64,000 nucleotides of DNA from Octopus vulgaris (Eukaryota). The notes under the pieces were generated by a model that searched no databases, was not told the origin of the DNA, and saw only the letters and a program-made list of their open reading frames with translations. Shown here one piece after another: positions 1 to 11,587 of the stretch. A program made the position numbers and the translations under genes. Numbering within the stretch: the first letter of the stretch is position 1; every line of letters starts with the position of its first letter. The DNA is taken from assembly GCA_951406725.2 (NCBI GenBank), contig OX597830.1:1922001-1986000 (forward strand), given 5' to 3'.

Positions 1-1015
1 GCAATTAGAGCCATTTTATTCTACCTGTAGGAAAACGGACTGAGTGAAGAGGCAGCAGCAAAAGAAATTAATGCCATGGAAGGTCCAGGAACCATCAACG
101 AACGTGTGGTACAAAACTGGTTCAGAGGTTTCAAAGAAGTAGACACCGGCCTTGAAGGTAAATCGAGGTCATGGAGACCTGTTGTGGAAGGTGAGGCCGT
201 GATTGAAAGGGTTGAAAAACAAACTAAGCACAAGCACTCGTACACTACCGGAAGAACTTGACCCTTTACAAAGCACCTTCAACCGACACATCCTTAAGCT
301 CGGCCTTGTGAACAGATGCCTTCGAAAATCTCGACGACGTGTGAACATTTGTAAAGAGCTTCTGGCAAATCCTCGAGATGCCCGTTTTCGGTGTCGAATT
401 GTAAGAGAGAATGTTAAATGGATATTTTTGCATGATTTCAGCAAGAGAAATTAGTGGTATTGTCCCAGTCAGGTTTTAGAACCTGTGGTCAAACAAGGGT
501 GGTTTGAGTAGAAGATCATGTTGTGAATTTGATGAAATTTGGGGGGAATTTTGCTCTTTGCGCTTGTCCCAGATGGTTATGCTGCGAACGCTAACCTTTA
601 TGCTTAAAACCTGCAGTGAATGTATGATGTTTTGAAAGCTTACTACTGAGCATCAGTCAATCAAAGATGCAAACTCCAACAGTATGACAATGTCCCATCA
701 CACTCTACCAATGTAATTAAATACAGTTGGAAGTCTCACTTTTCACTATCAGACTCTAACCCTTTCCGAGCCATGGTTCATTTTCTACACGGAACGAGGT
801 TTAACAATGTCAATGAGACTGAAAACGAATGAAGAGTGTTTTTTGCCTCCAAACCAATCAAATGATACAAGCATGGACTTGAGCTTCTGACATAACGATG
901 ACAATGGACAATGGAATGTGATACGATATATTTTGATGAATAAATGCTTTGTGTGTGTAATTTGTTTCAGTAATAAATTAAAGCTTGAAATACGAAAACT
1001 TTTGACTCGGCGTGG
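1..1015 (+). mobile_element. Decayed mariner-family DNA transposon (5' end outside window)
   Basis: Fragmented frames give mariner HTH-like sequence (AAAKEINAMEGPGTINERVVQNWFRGFKE..LEGKSRSWRP) and a KWIF region near the first catalytic motif. Many stops and frameshifts. Confidence 0.75.
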
Positions 1016-2412
1016 TGCTTCTCATTTCTGACACTTTTCGCCCAACTCCTATACACAACTTCCCTCTGCTGCCTTAATTACGCTCTGACACCTCATTTAC
1101 TTCTGCTTTATTTTAAAAATACTTTTATATTATTTATTTCAAGCAATTAAAGTTTCTTTACTGGAAAATCGCACTCTGTGCATGTGTGCAGTTCGTGTGA
1201 ATACTAATATTTTCAGTGACTTATCTACTCCGTCAACACGACATGAATTATTACTATATTAGCTTGGTTTTTAAACTAATTATTTTTGTTTAATAAAACA
1301 CGTTCATGGTCTCTCATTAAAAATCAGTAAAACATCAATTAAAATGATGAAATCTGTTTGTTTTTTTAAATAATCAATTCGGAAACTAATTTACAACATT
1401 AACAATTATGCATTTATATATTTTTTAGCTAATTTATGTATAGGTTCTTCCTATATGATACCAAAACAAATTGTTAGATTATAAAGAATAATGAAAAAAA
1501 GAGAGAGAGAGATTAGTATTGGAGATGATAATGATAATAATAATAATGAAATTATTGAAAATTTCAACCAAGCAAATGTAGGGCCCAGTGAATGGACGGT
1601 GGTATGGCGATTCTTTGCTTTTCTGCTCTAAACATGAAAAATTAGAAAGTAATTATGCACTGATTGTCATCAAAATCAACGACAAACAAAATCAGTCATA
1701 AATCCCTGATTGATGTCCGAGATTGATCTGATACAGGAATTATAAACAAAATGAAACTATTTCCCGCAACAAAATTGAAGAAATCCCTGGTGGGTGTATA
1801 TAGAATTCAGAAGCCCCAACTAAGGAATTTACGTATTATACATACAGTTTACCAATGACATTGTCAGACAAAATATTCCAGAGCACACATTCACGCACCA
1901 GCTTCCACAAATGGTTAATATCAAGTTTAACTCAATTTAGATGGGAACCTGAAAACATTCTAACAAAAATCAAATCAAATGAAACAGATGCAATGATAGA
2001 AGGAACCAGTAGCAACATAATGAGAATTTAAGAGAATTTTCGGAGAGATTTATGTTCCGAATCTGTCAGTTAGGATTAGCTGTGATCAGATGAACATCAG
2101 CAAAAGTTAAATGCAGGAGAAAAAAAAAGGTAGCTGGGAGCGGAGAGAATATTGGTCTGCTGCTGCAAGAGAAGAAAGGAAAAATAAATGGAACTAGATG
2201 AGAAATACTCTTTACAGAACAGAAAAAGTAATTATTCTCTCCCTGATTTTGGAAATACTCTCTTTAAGGTAAAAACAGGAGGAATGCTGAAGCAGAAGAA
2301 ATTTTATGATCAAGACAAATGGACAAAAAAGCCTTTTATTTTGTAAGAAAAGGCACACAACACACGCACACACATACACACACTCACGCAAATGCACTCA
2401 CACATCTATATA

Positions 2413-2818
2413 TACTCTTACTCTTTACTCATTTACTTGTTTCAGTCATTTGACTGCGGCCATGCTGGAGCACCGCCTTTAGTCGAGCAAATCGACCCCG
2501 GGACTTATTATTTGTAAGCCCAGTACTTATTCTATCGGTCTCTTTTGCCGAACCGCTAAGTGACGGGGACGTAAACACACCAGCATCGGTTGTCAAGCAA
2601 TGCTAGGGGGACAAACACAGACACACAAACATATACACACACACTTATATATACATATATACGACAGGCTTCTTTCAGTTTCCGTCTACCAAATCCACTC
2701 ACAAGGCATTGGTCGGCCCGGGGCTATAGCAGAAGACACTTGCCCAAGATTCCACGCAATGGACTGAACCCGGAACCATGTGGTTGGTTAGCAAGCTACT
2801 TACCACACAGCCACTCCT
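2413..2818 (-). mobile_element. tRNA-derived SINE family 1, full length
   Basis: Minus strand starts AGGAGTGGCTGTGTGGTAAG (A-box-like), then GGTTCAGTCC (B-box-like), an internal TA/TG tract and a (GAGTAAA)n-like tail. Near-identical copies occur elsewhere in the window. Confidence 0.9.
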
Positions 2819-3409
2819 AAAATATGTATATATTTAAAAAAAACTATAGTAAAATATGGCACGGAAACAGGAAACAAAACAACAGCGGTGGAAACACCTA
2901 TTTCTCATCAGTTATCAACCCAAAATCCTTCCAATTTGGACACCTTATCGATAGTATTGTTCATTTTTGATGGCATAAATAGCAATAAGCCGAAGGGATA
3001 AAAATGAGCGAATATGAAGAATAGACTGAGACAAATTAGAAAAGAAGGAAACAAAATAGAGACGGGGGGTCTCTAGACTGAACAATAAAAAGGACGAGTT
3101 ATGAAGAGGATGAGAAAATATATAAAAGAAAGAAAAAAGAAATGTAGTCACAAGAAACAAATATGAAATAAACATTGACGTCCTTTCGACCATACGACAG
3201 AATTAGGAGACGGCATGCGTGGAAGGAATATGCTAATGAATGGGGCCCTTTCAGACTTGGGAAAAAAAACATCAAGGAAAACAAGACAAACTAAAAGCAG
3301 ATCCATCCCTCCATCCATCGATCCATCTGTTTGTGTGTGTGTGTAAATGTAACCACGTGGACTGTTGGCGATTGCTTCCTCTGTCTTCCTTTTCCTTTGG
3401 ACTTTCTTC

Positions 3410-3457
3410 TGGCTCCTGTTTCTGAAGAAAAAAGCTTTGCCCGAAACGTAAAAGCCA
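3410..3457 (+). ncRNA. Degenerate type-I hammerhead ribozyme (PLE-type)
   Basis: tggc..ttt CTGAAGA aaaaagctttgccc GAAA cg TA aaagcca. Core is intact, stem I is bulged, stem II is eroded. Confidence 0.55.
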
Positions 3458-3554
3458 TTTCGTTCCTTCTCTCAGCGTCTTATTAATACTTTGCATTTAC
3501 CACGTCTTGTTGTTTCTTTCTGGTTGTCTTTTTTCTTCGTATTTTTTTATTAAC

Positions 3555-3557
<3 letters not shown>

Positions 3558-3619
<62 letters not shown>

Positions 3620-3648
3620 ATATATATATATATATACACACACACACA
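3558..3648. repeat. (CA)n/(TA)n microsatellite between two convergent hammerhead-bearing ends
   Basis: Directly visible. Confidence 0.95.
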
Positions 3649-3722
3649 TAACAAAAGCCAGAAACAAGGGGAGGGAACAAGAAATAAGGTATGTAAGTTT
3701 GGCGCTCAAGAACCACGGAAGT

Positions 3723-3758
3723 CTTTGATGTTTCGAGCCTAAACTCTTCTACAGAAAG
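3723..3758 (-). ncRNA. Degenerate type-I hammerhead ribozyme
   Basis: Minus strand reads cttt CTGTAGA a gag tttagg ctc GAAA ca TC aaag. One core substitution. Confidence 0.5.
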
Positions 3759-5006
3759 GTATAAGACGAGAAGACATATGGAGAGAAGGAGAAAATGGAG
3801 AGAGAAAAATTGTATATACCTTAACGGTTGCACATATCGATTTGATCGTAAAGAAGGGATTTGCTAGAGAAATGTGTGGCAGGAGAGGTAACAGTAACCT
3901 GGCAAAAGTGTGTGTATGTGGGCATAGTATGTACATATTGACATGTTTATGGGCGAGCGAGTATGCATGTCCCTGTTATCGGTTTGTGTGTACCTAGTGG
4001 GGGTCTGTTAGATAAAATGTGTGTATATGGAGCTAACATGGCAATGGTACACGCGCACGCGCATATAAACACACACACATATCATCGTCATTGTTGTTTT
4101 CACCTTCAATTTCCTCTGATTGTATGGGTCATGCGGAATTCGTTGGGGCAGAATTTCTACGAAAGGGTGTACTCTTCTTGCTGCCAACCTCCACCTGCTT
4201 CCAAGTAGGGTAATATTTTCTCATGACCGCTCATGTTTCCACAATAGATTGGGGAAACGGGTGCGCTAATATGGCGATGAAGCTGTTCATATAAATTATG
4301 GCAACACTCAATAGAACGAGCTTTCACATAGTCTCCACCTACTTTCACGTGTAAAGTGTTGATTGACCTGTGGCTATTGTAAAATACACTTACCCAAGAC
4401 GCCAGGACATAGGGTTGGATTCCGGCTTCTTCATGGCCAAACAAGCTTCCTATCAACTTGGACTCGCCTATTGTCTACATTGCTGTGCATCCTCTGATTT
4501 GTAATTCCGACATGATCTGCCTTAAGACTACATTATATAATGAGTTCTTCCTAATTGCTATTTAGTTCCAACTTAGCCGGGATCCTACAGAACTAGGAAC
4601 AAAGTTCCAACAATGACCCTCCCGAAAAGATATCTAGAAATACATCACTATCCAATGTACACTTAATTTTACGAGATAGTTTTACAAGTATGATAAGGCA
4701 GATATTTGGTAGTTATTTCTAGCAAGTCAGACTCATACATTGATTTCTAGCATTGTTGCTGTTGTCGCTGTTCCTGCCGTTGGTGTTGCTTTTGTTGTTG
4801 TAGTTGTTCGGTCCCAGCTCAACTCTGTTCCTGCAAATCATAGATCAGTAACGGTTCAGCTGTGTCTATCCTTTTAGCTTAGGATTTGATTAGAAGAAAA
4901 TACAGCTATGATTTCTACCAGATCAACTGAAAACATAAAAGATTCCCAGAGGACTCGTTATTAATGAAGCTGTTATTCCTAGGTCATACCGCATTGAATA
5001 GAGATA

Positions 5007-6329
5007 CAGGGGTTGGACGAAATAATGGAAACACCTAGCATCATAGCATCATAATTTTGAAATATCTATAAAACTGTCAAAAGCTTGTTTATTTTTATGT
5101 TTTTTTTTATTTATTATCTGTGTTGCTTAATATGTTTTGCTAAAATTGCTGTTTCTTTTCAGATATCATCAGAAAAAGGTAATTAAATTCATTAAAATGA
5201 CAGATCTATCGGACTTTCAAAGAGGTCAAATTGTTGATACACTTATGGCAGGCACTACCGCAACGAAATCAGCCGAAATGTTTGGTGTATCAAGAAGTAC
5301 TGTCTTGAAAGTAATGACAGCCTTTGAGAAAGAGGGAAAAACCTCGTCGTCGAAACAAAATTTTGGAAGAAAGCCAAAACTTTCAGATAGGAACCGTTGG
5401 ACTCATACACGAATTGTTAGAAAGGATCACAAAAGTACAGCTCCCAAAATTACTGCAGAGTTTAATAACCACATTGAGAACCTAGTTTCCACTAAAACTG
5501 TTCGCCGGGAGCTGCACAAAGCCGGATTTCACGGGAGTGCTGCAATCAGAAAACCATTATTTTCAAAAACAAACGTTGCAAAGTGTTTAGAGTGGAGTAA
5601 AAACCTCCAGAATTGGTCCGAAGAATGTCATTTTCTCGGACGAGTCATCTTTTACCCTATTTCCGACCACTGGCCGAGTATACGTGTGGAGACAGCCAAA
5701 AGAAGCATTTGACCAAGACTGCTTTCTTCCAGCTGTTAAACATGGAGGAGGATCTGTTACGATATGTGGGGTGGGGATCATATCTTGGAAATCCGCCGGC
5801 CCAATGGTTTCCCTTCATGGCAGAATTAATAATCAAGTCTATTTAAGTATTTTCTCTGATCAAATTCATGTTATGGTTGCAGAACTGTGTCCGGAGGGAA
5901 ACGCAATCTTTCAGGATGATAATGCACCAATTCTCACAGCTAAAGTTGCTACTGAATGGCACGAGGAACATTCTAGTGAAGTTGAACACCTTATCTGGCC
6001 ACCACAGTCCCCAAATCTCAATATTATTATTTCAAAATTATGATGCTATGATGCTAGGTGTTTCCATTATTTCGTCCAACCCCTGTATCTCTATGGTGCA
6101 TTTTAGAAAAGCAATTAAGGAGTCGATATCCTCCCATCATCATTACAAGAACTGAGACTGTTTAATCTGAAGAATGGACAAAAATTCCTTTGGAAACAAT
6201 TCAAAACTTTGTACAAGTCCATACCTCATAGAATTCAAGCTGTAATTACTGCTAAAGGCGGTCCTACCCCATATTAAAAGTAATTTGTTTGAAATTTTAA
6301 GGTGTTTCCATTATTTTGTCCAACCCCTG
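5007..6329 (+). mobile_element. Tc1-family DNA transposon, full length, inactivated
   Basis: ~30-bp TIRs CAGGGGTTGGAC(G/A)AAATAATGGAAACACCT, TA at the left flank, encloses a transposase pseudogene. Confidence 0.95.
5197..6277 (+). pseudogene. Tc1 DD34E-type transposase pseudogene
   Basis: MTDLSDFQRGQIV HTH, GRKPKLS, FSDES, VKHGGGSV, FQDDNAP, WPPQSPNLNII, AKGGPTPY*. Frameshift near 5620 and an insertion at 6028-6094. Confidence 0.9.
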
Positions 6330-6779
6330 TGTCATCAAAACCTTTCCAACCACGACTCTTCTGTCTTTTTTTGGTGTATCATCTACATTATCCATTCTTG
6401 TTCTTCCCTTATTTTAGTAGGGTGGGGTTTAATATATATTTCTAGCATCTCCGTCGACCGTATATTGGGGCTGCCTTGGTGCGTTATTAGTTCTATGTTA
6501 GCTCTCGCTGAACAGACCTGCGATCAAATACGATCCTCGCATGGCCGTCTTATCTTTTATTCAAACATTTTAAGAACTGATTCCAGTGAATAACATGAAT
6601 GAATATGTTCTCTCCATTGGTGTCCAACATTTTTACGGACGATTACTTTTGAACGGACATAGTGCTGCGATTAGTGAATGCATTGGCCATGGCCTGACTC
6701 GGTCAATATTCAATAGTTTCGTGACTTCAGTAACATTACCATTTCTGAAATAAGGATATTCATGTTTCTTTTTTTATGG

Positions 6780-7392
6780 ATCACCGAAACCCCAATGACC
6801 TTCCTGAAGGACTTTATGGAGTGAGCTGCCTAACTGGATTACAATAGAATCAATATTTCAGGGACATAACATCATGGAAATTACTTCACGTTGATGATAA
6901 GTTTGGTGAAAATGGCGGCAAAGTGCAGCTGGACGAATCTCTAATGTTCAAACAGAAAAATCACCAAGGTCGAGTTGTTCAACAATTTTCGGTGTTTGGA
7001 ATGTATGATAACAATAAAAAGGATTACCTGACATGTAAATGTATAGCAACATTAAAACCAATTGTTGAGAAATGGGTTGCTCTCCGAGCCAAAGTGGTTA
7101 CGGATGAATGGTGTGCCTATAATGGATTGGTCGCACTTAATTATCAATATCTTACAGTTAATCATTCTCGTCGTTTTATTGACTGCATTACGGCTGCGTG
7201 GACTAACAATGTTGAGGAATTCTGCTAAAGGATTAAAAAGCCATTAAAAAGAAACGGTGACATTGAAGGGGAATTAAAATGGTCCCTCTTTGATGGATGC
7301 CTTTATAGGCAGTGGTTTGATTTTTCCAAAGCTTCCTTATTACATAATTTTGGTATGTTTCTAAACCATAAAACCGAAATGTATCGTTCATA
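6780..7392 (+). pseudogene. Merlin/IS1595-like DDE transposase remnant
   Basis: ORF 6923-7228: VQLDESL...VFGM...VVTDEWCAYNGL...LTVNHSRRFID...WTNNVEEF. Matches the Merlin/IS1595 motifs DE, tD.w.aY, VNHs and tN.iE. Boundaries approximate. Confidence 0.8.
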
Positions 7393-7724
7393 AAAAAAAA
7401 CCCTATAACTGTTCAGTAGTAACAGTATTATAGTCATTCATACAAAGTATTATAGTCATTCATACAAAGTATTATGCTCTTTCACAAGTATTCAGCGGTA
7501 AAAATAATATATCTTGTCCCTTTGTATAACGTGCTCTTCTTTTCGAGTCGCCATTTTTTGTTTGACCATTATTCGGTGATAGAGGTGGTTATTAACACAA
7601 ATGGTGTAATAAGGAGAAAGAAATTAATGTATCCAAATTACACCCCTAAACATATGAACTATAATTTAGGAATGAATAATTGCCACAGAAAAAAAGGTAG
7701 TGAAGAGAATACTTCAATATTTTA

Positions 7725-8242
7725 ATTAAGGAACTGGTGAATGCTACGTGGAATTTGATGTTTAACCAATCACTAACAACATCATACCACAAATACTGGT
7801 CATGCTGGAGCTGGTGTGGCAACTGGACACCTAATTGTTCATGAAGGTTTGAACATGTGCAAAATATCTGCAATGTTTGTTTCCAGAGTGCCCAGTGACA
7901 AGCATCCTGACCCTACCTGAATACTTGACAGGACATACATATCAAAACTGTCCATCACCCTTCCTACAGCGCAGATCCTGCTTCCTGTAACTTTTGGTTG
8001 TTCCCCAAATTGAAGGAGAACCTCAGAGGCATCCGTTCGGGAAATGAAAGAGTCTGTGACAAAGATCTTGGACATCTTCACTTCGGGGGACTTCCATGGG
8101 ACCTTCATGGAGTGGCTGGCGTGCTACAACAAGTTCATTGAAGTTAGAGGATTGTATTTTAAAGGAGATTAGAGTTTTGTACTTCTTAGAAATTGATAAA
8201 ATTCTTCCTGAAAATGTCTACAATCTTCTGAAATACACCTTG
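7725..8242 (+). mobile_element. Mariner 3' fragment with right TIR
   Basis: TVHHPSYSADPASCNFWLFPKLKENLRG (YSPDLAP.D-like motif); ends ...AAATACACCTTG followed by TA. Confidence 0.75.
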
Positions 8243-10285
8243 TATTTAAGTTTAGTGAATGAAGGAAATTGTTGTCACACATTAAAAGAAGAATATTCAA
8301 GGCCACTTGCAACATAAAATCTGACTCTTTTTTATTTTCAAGAAATGTATGATTTGAGGGATATTTAGGTTCTATTTCTAATAGAGTGGTTAACCATGAG
8401 GGAACTTTCTAATATATTGAAAACCAAATCAAAAGACATGTCAAAATTGGTGTAGCGGAAGGAAAAAGATTCCTGTGAACATTCAAATTATAGTTCAGTA
8501 CACACAATACATAACAAGAAGCAAAACTGTTTAGATGTTTTATGTGTGTGTGTGTGTGTGTGAGTGTGTGTATGTGTGTGTGTGTGTGTGTGAGTATGTA
8601 TAGGTGTGTGTGTGCGTGTGTGTAAAAAGTCAAGGAAATCATAGAAATATTACGTGGCGTCACCTAACTATACAGAAAGGAAAAAAATGCAGAAAGTGAA
8701 GAATTAACAGTCAGCTTGTGTTTTGCTATCAGTATGAATGTGTCTGGGTATTTACTTTTGAACGATAGTTTAAGACATGTCATTTATTTCGTTGAAAAGA
8801 AATCCAAAAGCTTTTGCTTTTTTCAAACTAATTGTTTTAAAGTTAGAGAAAGAGTTAATCGAAATTGCTTGTTCGGAAGTTAAATGAACAGCATTTCATA
8901 TTCAAACTCAGAACTTAGCCTCCGACAGGTTTCAGTCAATAATTTTTCTCCACTCGTATACCTTCTTTCAATCCCGTTAACCCATTTCTATCCTCCAGCC
9001 CTCTCTCGCTTCAGTTTCCCTCTGGCTTTACTCGCTTCTCTTCCCTTCTCCCCATTTCAACAAGTTTCCCCCTCCTATCGCTTCTTGTCTACGTATGAAG
9101 CTACGTTGTCTTGCATTCCTCATCAGCTGCTGCCAGTTTCGCAAGCTTGGAGGACGCAAAACTCTGCTGGCTTTCTTTCATTTCCTTTTCTTTATCTTTA
9201 CTCTAAAGATATATATTGTGGTGATTATTGGATATCACAGCTCCAACGGCAATTTCACTGTACGATTTTTGTTACTTCCTGTTACTTTCTCCCCAATGTG
9301 AAAGTCTTACCGACACAGACCCTCACCTGTCCTCTTAGATTCTGTTTTATTAGTTTTAAAAGTATATGTCTTTCGTTGTCCCACGGACTTGTAGCCCTGG
9401 CTTGCTTTCCTTGGCCCTCGTTGCATTTCCCAATAATTTGATGTTAGCTGAAATATCAATGGTAATGTGATGGGAAAATGTTATTACACACACACACACA
9501 TTGATAGCGAGGAAAGGATGGTGAAAATTAAAACCTGCTTCGAGTAGAGTTCTTTTGTACCGTTAAGAGAACCTTTGTGAAATATGATACAGAGTTATGA
9601 TTTAATAGTTACTCAATCAGTCGAACAATTTTCATTTTTATATGTTCTCTATTTATAAACAGCAACGAGATACTTTACAAATCACTGAAATACAATCTAT
9701 ACATGACATGAAGATGAATTAAAATTGCAATTTTCATCTAGTTTACGAGTCTAAATTCGTTAGAAACTAGTAAAACATTTAAATTAATGATATTAAGTAA
9801 ATTAATGACAGTTTAATTTCTAAGATGTATTATCATTGCGATGGATTACCATAGCGATATATTATAAAACAGTAAATGATATATTTCTTCATCTAGGACC
9901 CTTGCATGCATTTGTTTTCTCTTCCTTCAAATCTGAAATAAAGCAACAAATGCTTTACGAAACATTTTCAAGAAGAGGAAATATCAATGTATGTACACAG
10001 TGCAACCCATTCGTCATTGTTAACGCGAATATTTAGAGGAAACATTAATATTTCACTCGATATATAAATATTTACTTATAAAAAACATAAACCACTAAAA
10101 TCGCTGGACTGGTTTGCTCAGAGATTGAGCAGGCTGTAATAAATATGAGATAGAGGAGAGAGAAGAATCATGGTTCACGTGTTAACAACTGTATGAAATT
10201 CATGGAAACACGCACAAATTAGGAAGACAGTTCGTAAAAATCATGTATACATACTTACATACATGTGTGTGTGTGCATACACGTA

Positions 10286-10287
<2 letters not shown>

Positions 10288-10334
<47 letters not shown>

Positions 10335-10449
10335 TATACATACATATATATATATACATACATATATATATACATATATATACATATATATATATACATA
10401 CATATATATATATATACATATATATACATATATATATATACATACATAC

Positions 10450-10503
<54 letters not shown>
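10288..10503. repeat. (TA)n/(TACA)n microsatellite
   Basis: Directly visible. Confidence 0.95.
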
Positions 10504-10506
<3 letters not shown>

Positions 10507-10507
<1 letters not shown>

Positions 10508-11212
10508 GAGGTGGTATGGAAAAGTTGCTGGACTAGTTCTGTAACGTCCCAACAGATGGCAGCACATAGTTGCCTGCACAGTGAGAGCTAGCAGTGACCT
10601 TCATGAGAAAGCGTGCTGAGTGACATCGCTGCGTTTACTTCGCATGTTGTGAAATTTGTGATTTTGTGTGAAAGTTGGGAAGACTGCTACAGACACATTG
10701 AGCAGATTTCTTCAAGCTTACGGCGCCGAGGCAATGCGCCATGCGCACTATTTTAAGTGGAAGGGACGATTCAAGAGCGGAAGAACATTCTTGGAAGAGG
10801 ATGAGGGATCTGGCAGACCTGTCAGCCCCGGAAATGTAGAGAAGAGTGTCGCCCCGGAAATGTAGAGAAAATTCATCCGCTTGTGCATGGGGATCGTCGT
10901 CGTCGGACGATCGACGAAGTTTTGAAGCATTTGAGAGAAGACATTCAGTGGAAACGATCGGATGTGTGAAGCGTGAAGAATTAGATTGTTCACGATGACA
11001 GTGCACCCTGCCACCGAGCGCTCGGTACTCGGGAGTCTCTCGCCCAAAACAACAGGATATCGCTTCCGTCTCACGTCCTATTCACCAGATTTACTACCTA
11101 AGGACTTCTATCTCTTCCCCAAATGAAAATGAAGCTCAAATGTCACCGTTTTTACACCATTGTCGAGATCAGGAGTAAATCGTAGTAAGTCCTCGACTCG
11201 TTTACGGAAAAC
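10507..11212 (+). mobile_element. Internally deleted mariner element (left TIR plus transposase pieces)
   Basis: TA|CGAGGTGGTATGGAAAAGTT TIR; GKTATDT..AYGAEAM..FKWKGRFKSGRTFLEEDEGSGRP; HDDSAPCH; YSPDLLPKDFYLFP. The right end is replaced by a hammerhead-bearing segment. Confidence 0.85.
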
Positions 11213-11231
11213 AACTGTTTTGTTAATAAAA

Positions 11232-11269
11232 CTGTCTGACGAACGGGAACGTGAAACTCTGAGTAACAG
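11232..11269 (+). ncRNA. Minimal type-I hammerhead ribozyme, intact core
   Basis: ctgt CTGACGA acg-ggaa-cgt GAAA ctctgag TA acag. Stem I 4 bp, stem II 3 bp with GNRA loop, near-palindromic stem III, predicted cleavage after GUA (11265). Confidence 0.85.
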
Positions 11270-11304
11270 CTTTTGTTATATTTCTGCTGCTTTTAAATAA
11301 AATG

Positions 11305-11341
<37 letters not shown>

Positions 11342-11374
11342 GTGCATGTATAAGAGTGAGTGTGTGTGCGCACG

Positions 11375-11587
11375 TATGTATGTGTGTCATTATTTGTTTC
11401 CCACCACCGCCGCTTCACAACCTGCGTTGGTGTGTTTACGTTCACATAACTTGGCGGTTCGTTCAAAGAGAATGATAGTATAAGTACCAGGCTGTAAACA
11501 AATAAGAACTGGGGTGGATTCATTCTTCAAAGCGTTGCACCAGCATGGCCGCACCCTAATGACTGAAACAAGTAAAAGAATAAAGAT
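11375..11587 (+). mobile_element. SINE family 1-related 3' half
   Basis: ttggtgtgtttacg...ccagcatggccgca...aatgactgaaacaagtaaaagaataaa. Confidence 0.75.

Noticed and set aside
9115-9160. CTGATGA and GAAA on the minus strand in type-II order
   Set aside because: No U-H cleavage triplet or consistent stems.
8884-9441. 185-aa ORF
   Set aside because: Pyrimidine-rich low-complexity sequence with no recognisable domain.
10200-10591. Many ORFs rich in YI/HT/CV/RE repeats here and at ~15k, 18k, 23k, 31k, 41k, 47k, 52-55k and 62k
   Set aside because: Translations of (TA)n, (CA)n and (GA)n microsatellites, which lack stops; not genes.
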